DNA of 64,000 nt from an uncultured Nitrososphaerales archaeon. GTDB taxonomy: Archaea > Thermoproteota > Nitrososphaeria > Nitrososphaerales > Nitrososphaeraceae. Numbering within the stretch: the stretch's first letter is position 1; every line of letters begins with the position of its first letter. The translations under genes and the position numbers were made by a program. This document shows, piece by piece, positions 9,602 through 19,269 of the stretch. The notes under the pieces were generated by a model that was given only the letters and a program-made list of their open reading frames with translations, ran no database searches and had not been told where the DNA came from. Location of the stretch: NCBI GenBank assembly GCA_963695855.1, contig CAVOHZ010000004.1:70877-134876 (forward strand). Direction: 5' to 3'.

Positions 9602-10699
9602 TTAACCACCCATTACAGGTGGTTGTCGTAATAGCCATAGCTTCTTCTGATCACAAAATGACATTTGTTTTTCATCGCACTTATCTGAATTGAGATCGTA
9701 GTCTGCATGTATAGATAAAATTATAGGCGATCGAGACAAGCCTGATTCTCCTGGAGTAGCATAGAGTATAGAGTCTCCATCGTTTCCACAAACAAAGAGC
9801 CCTGAATTTGACGTCCAGAATATCCTAGGACTAATAACTATATCATATAATGGATGTTTTTTGTATTTAGAACCTGTTATTGTAGGTGAACAGTTATTAG
9901 TTTCTTTTAACGCAGTAAATTTTAGAATTTCCGACGTAATTAGATAACTCTTTGAAATATTTATTCGCGCAGGATTGTTAAAAGCTCTAAAAAGTATTCT
10001 TAAATTACAGATATCACAACTTTTTTGTGTTTTTATTGACACAAGATTACCATATCTTTCACCAATTAACAATTGATTATTTTCGTTCTCAAAATTATCA
10101 TCGGTTGTGGACGATAAACATAAATCATTTTTTTTAGAAGGGTAGGAATCTTCTTTTTGTAATGAGATCCTAGCTTTGAATGAACTTTTTAGAAATTTTT
10201 TGAAAATTGTTATTTCTATATTTATTAGAAATTTGTACTGTCTTTTCCCCCTGAAAGATTTTAGTCCGATTTGATTGGCAGTTAAAAAAATTTTGATATT
10301 TTTCCTGGCTTGATTGTTTTTGATATCATTTAACTGAGGATAGAAAAGCATACAGTTTCCAGTATCCCTTGTCATATACTCTGCATCCATACCATATCCA
10401 ATTTTAAAAGCGCCGTTTTCCTTACCTTCTTGTTCTATCTTCCAATCTATTTTAGAGGCCACTGGCAACTGAAAAATATGACTTTGTTGATGTCTGCATA
10501 ATGCTTTTATGATGACATAGCTTTTTACATCCAATTTAATTGGAATAGCATCTCTGATTCCAAAACTGATTTCATTAATTGGAAATGCAATATCTACGTC
10601 ACAATAACGATGAATTTCGTAATCAACAGTGGAAAGAAAATTTGAATCACTAATCTCATCATCTTTACCATCATCATAATGTGGTATATTAGTAAACAT
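9602..10699 (-). CDS. Hypothetical protein (365 aa)
   Basis: Long ORF, co-oriented with the signalling/Par cluster; no motif recognised. Confidence 0.6.
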   Translation of the reverse strand: MFTNIPHYDDGKDDEISDSNFLSTVDYEIHRYCDVDIAFPINEISFGIRDAIPIKLDVKSYVIIKALCRHQQSHIFQLPVASKIDWKIEQEGKENGAFKIGYGMDAEYMTRDTGNCMLFYPQLNDIKNNQARKNIKIFLTANQIGLKSFRGKRQYKFLINIEITIFKKFLKSSFKARISLQKEDSYPSKKNDLCLSSTTDDNFENENNQLLIGERYGNLVSIKTQKSCDICNLRILFRAFNNPARINISKSYLITSEILKFTALKETNNCSPTITGSKYKKHPLYDIVISPRIFWTSNSGLFVCGNDGDSILYATPGESGLSRSPIILSIHADYDLNSDKCDEKQMSFCDQKKLWLLRQPPVMGG

Positions 10700-10976
10700 T
10701 AGATTATTGAATACAGAATATTATTAATTAAGTATAGCTATGTTGTTTATCTCAGTAACCAAAATCAAGTTGGTAATTTAATAAAATTCCTTTTTTTTAT
10801 TATTAAAGATTGCTGTTTTATAACGTTTGAGGTATTCAGATCTTTTAAAATCAATAGCAGAATACAATTATGACATTTACCTTGTATGTAAAAGATATCG
10901 AAATACTGAATTCATGTCTGAAAGATAAGCGAAATTGACCGATCACCCGATAAAAAGAACGCAGCAATACATTTCT

Positions 10977-12374
10977 CTACTCTATATTACATGTGACGAC
11001 TTTCTCAAGTAACCATATTTTCTCAAAAGAGCCAACATATGTAAGTATAGTTTCTTCTTTATTAGTATAAACTGCAAAATGTTTCTCTGTATCTTGTGCA
11101 GAATCTTTTTTTGTATCCAATACTATAGCTTTTCGTAAGTCTACTAGCAATATCATAGCATCTGATGTCAAAGTTTTTCCAAAGTATCTAAGATTGATAT
11201 TTGAATTTTTAAATATTGATTTCTCTAAATTATTGTTTGTAATAAAAGCAGATACATGCATCAAAATTCTAACTAGTATTCCCTCATTAGCTTTTTTATT
11301 AACAAGATCCAAAACATCTTTTATTTCTGGCACTTCCAACCATCTAGGTGCACAGAACAGGATACTTATTTCACTATTTGCATAATTTATCAATTCATAA
11401 AGGAGAGTGTAAATTCTTTTTTCATCTTCTATATTTTCAATAAATGGTTTTTTTTCGTCTAAAAATTCTTTAAAATTTCCTTTGAGTGAGATTATCTGTC
11501 TATTGTATTCATCTGCATTAAATGTATCATCAAGATCTTTATTTAGTAATTGACTGAGCTTGTAGTACCAAATTAAAGCTGCACTTAGAAACAAATACGA
11601 AAATGCATAGACCACATTCCATAGCCACTCAGTAACCAAAATAAGTTCTTCGCTGATTGTGGACGTATATGTGTATCCAAAATCTGCTAATGTCAGCAAT
11701 GCCATTGAAATACAGAATAACATCCAATGATAAACGAAAGGATCTTTTTTTGGTAATTTGTAAATAATAAGAAGTGCAGAAACAAGCAATATTGTATCCA
11801 ATATATAGTACAAGATATTGATAGTGAGGTCTAATAACTGAGAACTGAAATCAATTCCACTGATTATCATATGAACGGTCGTTAATACGGGAATTAAAGA
11901 AACTACAAAAGATACAAAAATAATGGTGCCACGAGAGATAGATTTATTCTTATTAACGACAGTAAAAGATTTATAAATATGATAAATTAGGAAACCGTAT
12001 CCGATAAAATAAAACAATTCTGCAATAGATGGATAAGGAACAGGAATATTCAGCATAAATTGATAGAACATGTATGTAGCTTCCCCCATAAACCAAAAAA
12101 CTACTCCGATAAAAACAGCTTTGAACTTTCTAACCTCCATTTTTTTAATACGAGTAGTCATTAAAAGTACAGATATCCCAGTACATATACCTAAAAAGAT
12201 TAATGTGACCATACTATTATATTTATTAGTTTTTTCTATATCCATCAAGTAGATCATTAAATAGATAAAAAATGTGCTTATAGAAGCAGTCAGTAAAAAA
12301 CCAGAAAACAGATACTTTAATTCATATCTCACTCTGAATAGAACATCTGTTTTTGGACTTTCTGCATTATACAA
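10977..12374 (-). CDS. Multi-TM membrane sensor with C-terminal PLD/TrmB-like domain and no kinase domain
   Basis: About 8 TM segments with W..GE..Y...PYPSIAELFY (sensor module seen in front of cyclases/kinases). The tail G..VRIL...MILLVD...YTN.....Y...FEKIW matches the middle domain of the kinase at 15129. Confidence 0.7.
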   Translation of the reverse strand: MYNAESPKTDVLFRVRYELKYLFSGFLLTASISTFFIYLMIYLMDIEKTNKYNSMVTLIFLGICTGISVLLMTTRIKKMEVRKFKAVFIGVVFWFMGEATYMFYQFMLNIPVPYPSIAELFYFIGYGFLIYHIYKSFTVVNKNKSISRGTIIFVSFVVSLIPVLTTVHMIISGIDFSSQLLDLTINILYYILDTILLVSALLIIYKLPKKDPFVYHWMLFCISMALLTLADFGYTYTSTISEELILVTEWLWNVVYAFSYLFLSAALIWYYKLSQLLNKDLDDTFNADEYNRQIISLKGNFKEFLDEKKPFIENIEDEKRIYTLLYELINYANSEISILFCAPRWLEVPEIKDVLDLVNKKANEGILVRILMHVSAFITNNNLEKSIFKNSNINLRYFGKTLTSDAMILLVDLRKAIVLDTKKDSAQDTEKHFAVYTNKEETILTYVGSFEKIWLLEKVVTCNIE

Positions 12375-12559
12375 CTAGTTGTTATATAATACCAATCTAA
12401 TAGTAATTATATCTATTCTTTTTATTAAACGATGGTTCATTTATTTATGATTTTCTATGTTTATTTTTTCTACCAAAAGATATATTCGATATCTACTTAC
12501 TACATCATAACTATTTACTGTCATTTTTTGTTATTCATAAGAACAAAATTTTATATAAA

Positions 12560-12583
12560 AAATTTTTCGGCGCCGAAAAATTT
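12560..12583. promoter_or_regulatory. Perfect 24-bp palindrome AAATTTTTCGGCGCCGAAAAATTT (candidate parS / protein-binding site)
   Basis: Loop-less inverted repeat with a GC core in very AT-rich intergenic DNA, about 120 bp past the parB stop; followed by tandem ATTTGTGCATTT x2 (12580-12603). The sequence is certain, the function is inferred. Confidence 0.5.
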
Positions 12584-12700
12584 GTGCATTTATTTGTGCA
12601 TTTTAAAAAAATTACACATCATGAAGTAAAATAATAGGAAAAATAAACAAAAAATGAAAATAAAAATAATGGTAATGAAAATAATGGAAACGGAAAAAAT

Positions 12701-13564
12701 CTAGATTTTCTTTTTCTCTTTTAGCAGGATGTCTATCTGACTATGAAGCATGTTTTTGTGCTGCATCAATATCTCATACACGGTCCAGTTATCCTCAACA
12801 TCTTCAATTATGGAGGCCAGTTTATTCATGGCTACTCTCACTGCAATGATAGCCTTATCAAAAGATTTCTGAGTCCTTGCATCGATATCAACTATCTTGG
12901 TTGTAAAGTCAAATATTTCTTCAGGATGCTCTGAGTTTTTCATCTCATCTTTTAACATACGTACCTGTCTTGAAGAAAGCTTTCTCTTTTTAATCAATTC
13001 AGCCAATTTTGATTGATGTTCTTCGTCTTTTATCGGAAGCAATTCCTCTGCAAGACTTGGTTTTATCTCGTTGTTTGAGATTGACTGAATTATAGTATCC
13101 GGAAAAGTCAACATCCTTATACGTTTATCGATATAACTTGCACTTTTACCCAGTTTTGTAGCAAGTTCGGATATTCCACCCCACCCGTAAGTAGATACAT
13201 AATCTTTGAATGCACGTGCTTCATCTATTGGATTTAGATTTTTAGAGTGAATATTTTCCATCAGTGATACTTCGAAAGCATCCTTGTCATCAAGCTCTAC
13301 AACATGACAGAGAATTTTACGCCATCCGAGCATTTTACAAGCATTGTATCTTCTTGTACCTGCAACAATTTCGTATTTTAAATCATCAGTCATCCTTACA
13401 ATTATAGGTTGAAGAAGACCTTTTTCCTTTATAGAATAACATAATTCATGTATATCCTCATGTAGATTATTTCTGTAATAGTACTTGAATAGTTTAATCT
13501 TTGAGATATCTACATTCTCTAGGACTCCAATTACACTATTTGAAGTGGAATGTATTTTTTGCAT
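12701..13564 (-). CDS. parB: ParB/Spo0J-family partition protein
   Basis: GLLQPIIVR, YEIVAGTRRYNA (GxRR CTP-binding box), EN....LNPIDEA, and HTH ISELATKLGKSASYI. Confidence 0.9.
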   Translation of the reverse strand: MQKIHSTSNSVIGVLENVDISKIKLFKYYYRNNLHEDIHELCYSIKEKGLLQPIIVRMTDDLKYEIVAGTRRYNACKMLGWRKILCHVVELDDKDAFEVSLMENIHSKNLNPIDEARAFKDYVSTYGWGGISELATKLGKSASYIDKRIRMLTFPDTIIQSISNNEIKPSLAEELLPIKDEEHQSKLAELIKKRKLSSRQVRMLKDEMKNSEHPEEIFDFTTKIVDIDARTQKSFDKAIIAVRVAMNKLASIIEDVEDNWTVYEILMQHKNMLHSQIDILLKEKKKI

Positions 13565-13640
13565 GTGAAATATTCAGTTACAGACTATATAACCTTGTTG
13601 GACCTGTATAACAACTATAAAAAGAATTACTTTTTATTTT

Positions 13641-14507
13641 CTAGCTATTTGTTTCTAGTTTTTCTATAAGTGCGTAAATCTTGCTTGCAAATGGATGTTC
13701 AGGATATAGCAAACTGGTAAGAAATTCTTTTTGACTAAACTGGATATCACAATAACATGGTATTTCTGAAATAATATCCAGATCTATGTCACGGGATAAT
13801 TTTTGCAATGTACTTTGTTGAGTTTGTTGAGGAGAAAAAGAAGACCCATCTTTTCCCTTATTATCTAATGTTATCAATGGATGATGCTGCTCTGGAGGAA
13901 TGGTACAGTAACCTGAACCTCTATTTAGTAAAAGATAACACATTGTTCCAAATTTAGTAAATGAGCCATAAATCTCACTAGCCATTCTTTTGGTACCATC
14001 AACATCAAGGTCACCCATTTTCAATGTCAAAAGAACGACGTCTGAAACAGCAAGAGCGTTGATGGACCAATATCTAACTCCTGGACTTGTATCGATGACG
14101 ATAAAATCAGCATTTTTTTTCATTATCAGTTCTTCTCTTAATAGTATAAAGTTTCTAAGGAATTGCATTTGAGAACCTTGTTTAGATATGTTTCCGTCCA
14201 GTTTGTAAATTTCTTCCTTATTGGAGTTTGCCATACTTACAAATAACTTGCCTTTTATATCAGAGGAAATTGTTTTAGTAATATCAACGCAAATGTCATC
14301 AACTGATGCAGTACCGAAAAGAAAATCGTTTATCCATTTTTTTGGGTCTTTTAAGTCAAAATAGGAACCCAAGCTTGGAGCATAAACATCTAGATCTAAA
14401 AGAAATACCCTATATCCTTTCTTTGCCAATAGTACACTGAGATTGGTTGCTATTGTTGTCTTGCCTGTTCCACCTTTGTAAGAGTGAAAAGCAATGCATC
14501 TAGTCAT
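13641..14507 (-). CDS. ParA/MinD-family ATPase
   Basis: Deviant Walker A KGGTGKTT, LLDLD, IVIDTSPG; directly upstream of parB. Confidence 0.9.
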   Translation of the reverse strand: MTRCIAFHSYKGGTGKTTIATNLSVLLAKKGYRVFLLDLDVYAPSLGSYFDLKDPKKWINDFLFGTASVDDICVDITKTISSDIKGKLFVSMANSNKEEIYKLDGNISKQGSQMQFLRNFILLREELIMKKNADFIVIDTSPGVRYWSINALAVSDVVLLTLKMGDLDVDGTKRMASEIYGSFTKFGTMCYLLLNRGSGYCTIPPEQHHPLITLDNKGKDGSSFSPQQTQQSTLQKLSRDIDLDIISEIPCYCDIQFSQKEFLTSLLYPEHPFASKIYALIEKLETNS

Positions 14508-14582
14508 TTCCTTACAAAAAAAGGTGCCATAAACCCACTAATAAACTTGTGAGAGGTATATTTGGATGATAGATTTGTTTTT

Positions 14583-14951
14583 TCATACTATTGCTTTTTC
14601 GATATGTTTCAAGAGCTCTTCTATTGAGATAGGCTTTTGTATAAAGCACTTATGATCCATATTGGGGTATTCCTCTAATAGCCCTTCATAATATGCCTTA
14701 AATGAAGTTATGAAACAGACTCTCAGATTGGTATCTATTTTTTTTAATTCCTGAACTAGTTCAAATCCATTCATTCCCTGCATTCTGATATCTATAAGAG
14801 ATAAATCGTAAATTCCAGGTTTAAAATTATTTAAAGCAATTTCAGGATCATTAAAGGTATCAACGTTATAACCACTGTTTTCTAATCCTAACTTGAAGGA
14901 TAAAGTAGTACCTTGATCATCGTCAACAATAAGGATCTTCTTTTTTTCCAT
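14583..14951 (-). CDS. Single-domain response regulator (receiver)
   Basis: ILIVDDD, phospho-acceptor LIDIRM, FITS, QKP. Confidence 0.93.
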   Translation of the reverse strand: MEKKKILIVDDDQGTTLSFKLGLENSGYNVDTFNDPEIALNNFKPGIYDLSLIDIRMQGMNGFELVQELKKIDTNLRVCFITSFKAYYEGLLEEYPNMDHKCFIQKPISIEELLKHIEKAIV

Positions 14952-15128
14952 AATAAAAACTCGTTTACAAAATTTAATAATGATTATATATAAAAATATT
15001 TACTACAAAAAAATATAGAATTGTAACTAGGAAGTTTCAAAGGAATTGGAAACTGGCTGGCTGGCTAACTGAGGATGGAAAAAAGAAACTGGAGATTGCA
15101 CCAAACGTAGAAAGATGATTAAAGAAAG

Positions 15129-16598
15129 CTATTTTTCTGTTTTTATAGGTACGGTAAAACTAAATGTCGCACCTTTGTCTTGATTATTCTCTGCCCATAT
15201 CTTTCCGCCATGTTTTTCTATTATATTTTTGCAAATATATAGTCCCAGCCCTGTTCCTGATTTTGAACCTGTCACAAACTTTGTAAATAGCTTATCTTTT
15301 ATCTTTGATGGAATACCAGGCCCGTTATCTGAGAACTTTACAAGGACATCGTTATTTTGTCTCTGTACAGATACAATTACTTGGCCTTCTTCTAAAATCT
15401 TTATAGCATTATTGATTATATTTAAAAAAACTTGGTTTACACGTAATTTGTCCGCAACCAGTCTAACTGACTTTTCTTTACTCTTTAAAACTAAACTAAT
15501 ATTTTTCCCTTTGGTTTGATTTTCCAACTCCCTTAATAGATCTCTTACAGATTCCATTAAATCAAATTCTTCAAGATTAAGAGTTAAAAGCTCACCATCT
15601 ATACGAGCCACATCTAAAAGATTATCCGTAAGAAACTGAAGTTTTTTAGCATTGCTGACAATTATCCTAAGTAAATCCTCCTTCTTATCAGGATCAAGGT
15701 TCTTGTTAGAAAGCATAACTTCGGCAAGACCTAAAATAGGCTGAATTGGATTTCGTATCTCGTGTGCTGCTTCATTAATAAATTGTCTTTGTGTCTGACT
15801 TGTCTCTTTTAATTGCTGGTAGAGGTCATCTGCTTTTTTATAGATATCCGCCTGTTTCCACAAATTCTCAAATATAGATACATAATATAATACTGTTGAC
15901 TTGCTATTTGAATACGTAGACAATCCCATCGCATCAATAGAATCTTCCGCTGAATCTTTTTGTAATTCAACCGCAAGAGAGAATCTTCTGTCAATTATCA
16001 AAATAGTGATGTTGAGGTGCAATGGTTCTGGTAGATACTGTACGCCTATTGCATAATCATTTTTCAAATTATCAACGGTTGTTTGTAGCTTTTCATCGAA
16101 AGGAGTTAGAATTCTAATATTAACATTTTTTGATGGATCCTCTTTTATCTTTTTTATAATTGCAAATCCGTCTGCATGATTTATTCGCCTGTAAAAGGCA
16201 TTTGCAGAAGAAAAAAGTAATAGAATTTCTTGTTCTGCGGATCCAACCAGTTTAATAGCCGTTGCTAGTGCCTCTTGAGGATTCTTGATTACTTCGATAT
16301 AATGATCTTTTGATTCAATATCTATTTCTCTTATTTCGTCATATGACGGTACAACTTTGTTCCAAAAAGGATCTGAAATAATTTCTGTATTTCCTGTAAA
16401 ACTTGTAATATTTTTTCCATAAAAATGGTCAAGTCTTTTGAACATGGTGACACATTGATTTGTATCAAAAAAATACTTCGATCCAGAAATAGATTCTTGA
16501 ATAATTTCGTTAGGGTCCCTATTTATCAGAGATTTGCCACACAGGGAACATTTGAATTCAGTTTTGTTATTTGAAGTATTTATATGATTACTCATCAT
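15129..16598 (-). CDS. Cytoplasmic sensor histidine kinase: TRASH/YHS-like + PLD-like + HisKA + HATPase
   Basis: H-box AAHEIRNPI, N-box NIINNAIK, DNGPGI, GTGLGLYIC; N-terminal CSLCG...YFFD...C; no TM segment. Confidence 0.92.
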   Translation of the reverse strand: MMSNHINTSNNKTEFKCSLCGKSLINRDPNEIIQESISGSKYFFDTNQCVTMFKRLDHFYGKNITSFTGNTEIISDPFWNKVVPSYDEIREIDIESKDHYIEVIKNPQEALATAIKLVGSAEQEILLLFSSANAFYRRINHADGFAIIKKIKEDPSKNVNIRILTPFDEKLQTTVDNLKNDYAIGVQYLPEPLHLNITILIIDRRFSLAVELQKDSAEDSIDAMGLSTYSNSKSTVLYYVSIFENLWKQADIYKKADDLYQQLKETSQTQRQFINEAAHEIRNPIQPILGLAEVMLSNKNLDPDKKEDLLRIIVSNAKKLQFLTDNLLDVARIDGELLTLNLEEFDLMESVRDLLRELENQTKGKNISLVLKSKEKSVRLVADKLRVNQVFLNIINNAIKILEEGQVIVSVQRQNNDVLVKFSDNGPGIPSKIKDKLFTKFVTGSKSGTGLGLYICKNIIEKHGGKIWAENNQDKGATFSFTVPIKTEK

Positions 16599-16678
16599 TT
16601 TCCACGAGGTACTATATTAAATATGTATAATTTTTATCTTTTTTAAACTATTTGAATTATAAAGTAAATTTGATATTG

Positions 16679-16889
16679 CTAATGAGACGAGGTTACCAGA
16701 TCCATGCAGAATTCATTGCCATAAATTCCTGAAAATCTTTCAAAGAGAATTTTACAATTTTTTTTATCAAAAAGAAACTCGTATGTAGTATCGTTTATGG
16801 ATCTGATGGTTTTTATCAGGGTATCAGTATTTTCTATTGTACAACCACATAAACTACATTTTAATTTCAGGATAATATATTATGCTCAT
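16679..16889 (-). pseudogene. Third TRASH/YHS-like Cys-domain gene with a +1 frameshift (not in ORF track)
   Basis: Removing one A from the A4 run after codon 9 gives MSIIYYPEIKCSLCGCTIENTDTLIKTIRSINDTTYEFLFDKKNCKILFERFSGIYGNEFCMDLVTSSH*, collinear with 8486..8674. Confidence 0.75.
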
Positions 16890-17068
16890 TAACAGATATA
16901 AAGGCTAGTATAAATTTTTATTTATATCATAATTAAAAACTCAATTTACCATATGTCTTACTTTATGATCATAGATAACAATATTATTGTATTTTTTTCA
17001 TATAGTTATTATCAGTCGAAACAGCAATTAATAAAAAAAGAAGCCTATTAAAGTAAATGAATGATGTT

Positions 17069-17932
17069 TCATAACTTCTTTGAACAAACAATTCCATAAC
17101 GTAATAATCCGTTATTAAGACAGTTACATTCTAAAATATTTCTATCTTGTTCTTCATCAATATGTATCCTTAAAATTGGATCGCTGATATCTTCATGTAA
17201 TCTATCCAATCGTATTATTCCCTCCTCATAAGATTTTTTTACATTCAGACTGACATCTTTGGTAATGACATCACCATAGCCAGCCAGTTGTAAGAGTAGA
17301 CTGATTTGATCCAGTGAGCAAAGATCGATACAAGATTTTTTGCAGATCTTAGTTAATAGGTTGTTTTCATAACTAGAAATGTAACCATTTCTAGAAAAAT
17401 AATCAGATATTACTAGTCGTCCACCTTTTTTAAGAACTCGAAAGGCTTCTTTCAAGAAATTGTTCTTATCAATGGCATAACAAAAACTTTCGATAGCTAT
17501 CACAACATCAAAGGATTCTTTGTCAAATTTTAGATCAGTAATATCCATTGTTTCAAAAGTTACCATACTATCTATTTTTTTATCTCCTGAAAGTTTTTTT
17601 GCCAGAAAGATCTCATTGTCAACTAAAGAAACACCTTTGACTTTACATCCTCTATTCTGTGCCCACCAGATGGAGCTTCCTCCTACTCCACATCCAGCAT
17701 CTAAAACTAGATCACCTTCCTGAAGTTTAGCTGCATCTGAAACAATTTCATTCATTTTCAATAGTGATTCTTCATGAGAAATTTCCTTTTCATTGTCTTC
17801 GTAATATCCCATGTGTAGAGCAAGGTTATCATAATCTCCCCAAATATCAAGATACAGTTTATGATATGTCTCATAAAATTTGTAAACTTCATCTATCCTA
17901 TTTTCATGAGTATATTCCAAATTATATACCAC
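17069..17932 (-). CDS. SAM-dependent small-molecule methyltransferase (tocopherol/sterol/sarcosine MTase-like)
   Basis: WG....LHMGYY, VLDAGCGVGGSS, FDVVIAIES, RVLKKGGRL. Confidence 0.85.
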   Translation of the reverse strand: MVYNLEYTHENRIDEVYKFYETYHKLYLDIWGDYDNLALHMGYYEDNEKEISHEESLLKMNEIVSDAAKLQEGDLVLDAGCGVGGSSIWWAQNRGCKVKGVSLVDNEIFLAKKLSGDKKIDSMVTFETMDITDLKFDKESFDVVIAIESFCYAIDKNNFLKEAFRVLKKGGRLVISDYFSRNGYISSYENNLLTKICKKSCIDLCSLDQISLLLQLAGYGDVITKDVSLNVKKSYEEGIIRLDRLHEDISDPILRIHIDEEQDRNILECNCLNNGLLRYGIVCSKKL

Positions 17933-18050
17933 GATAGTTTTCCTCCACTAGGTTCAAGAATAAAATCATATTCTGTACTAAAACCTATTATAAAAATATG
18001 ATGGGATTATTATCGCTAGGTGTATTGTTACTAACCTATAATAATATCTT

Positions 18051-19013
18051 TTATTTTTTTCTTGAACTGATATAAAAATAAGTATGCATGTGTATTATAA
18101 AAATTCCAAAAATTCCCAAAATACCTCCAAATAATGCCAGTATCACGTTATCTGGGAGAGTATTTTGAATTGCCAAACGAGTTAGAAGAATTTGAATAAT
18201 CAATGTTAACAATATTCGTGATGAAGCAATTGTGGACGTTAAAGAAGCACCAATCCTCTTCAAGCCTTCGACATATAAAATCGTTCCTAGTAATGGTAAC
18301 AGAGAAAAAATAAAAAATATATACCAATAAGATACAAGTAATTGAAACGATAATTCCGGCGAGAAGATTATCATGATTACAATCAATATTGATCCCGATA
18401 TCAGTAGACACATTCCAGAAATTTCTATTGGAGAGTGTCTTGTTGACAACCTCGTCAAAAAGAAGACTGCAAGTGCAAAGAAGATTGCTGAAAAAACTGC
18501 TTCTATATCACCAAATTCAATAGAAAATTGAAATAGATCAAAATTAACACTTAAAATTGGAACACCTATACTATTATCAACTATACTATTGTCACTTAAT
18601 AGTACTATGACAAATCCAGTAATAGCTACTGCTACTCCAGTAAATTGTACTTTATTCAGTCTTTCATGTAAAAACAATCTTGCTAAGAGCAATATTGTTA
18701 TTGTTTCCATTGGACCAGACAAAAGACTTTCTTTTGAAGCTCCGATTCTACTTACTGCATCATACCATGTAAAAATACCTATTGAAAGAAAGATGGAGGC
18801 AGGAATGAAATCCTTCCAGGATTTAAAAATCGAAAATTTCTTCTTTGTAAAGATAATTGACAATAAAAGAAGTATTGTTCCTGACATAGCAATACTAAAA
18901 GCCGAAATTGACAAGGGGGATATTCCTAGTAAGCGAGTAAGATACTCTATGAGGATAGATTCTATTGATAAAACAAATGCAAATAAAAAAACTATCCACG
19001 ATCTTTTAATCAA
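18051..19013 (-). CDS. DMT/EamA-family transporter
   Basis: About 10 TM in two repeats; RIGAS motif twice; LFLHERL. Confidence 0.85.
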   Translation of the reverse strand: MIKRSWIVFLFAFVLSIESILIEYLTRLLGISPLSISAFSIAMSGTILLLLSIIFTKKKFSIFKSWKDFIPASIFLSIGIFTWYDAVSRIGASKESLLSGPMETITILLLARLFLHERLNKVQFTGVAVAITGFVIVLLSDNSIVDNSIGVPILSVNFDLFQFSIEFGDIEAVFSAIFFALAVFFLTRLSTRHSPIEISGMCLLISGSILIVIMIIFSPELSFQLLVSYWYIFFIFSLLPLLGTILYVEGLKRIGASLTSTIASSRILLTLIIQILLTRLAIQNTLPDNVILALFGGILGIFGIFIIHMHTYFYISSRKK

Positions 19014-19269
19014 TACTAATTACTACTAGTCTACATTTCCATCTAAAAATAAACCTTCCTAAGGAAAAAAATTGTCTATGGACTATACATAGTACCATAA
19101 ATTTTATAATGTGACAAACCAATTTTGTAGTTGAATGACAGATATATTATATAATATCCGCATTGAAAATAGTATATTGATTACAATAACATATTCATCA
19201 AGGGAAAACTGTATGTTTCTAAAGGCGAGACATATATAATATAAATAACTTCTAAATTAGAAAAAATCC

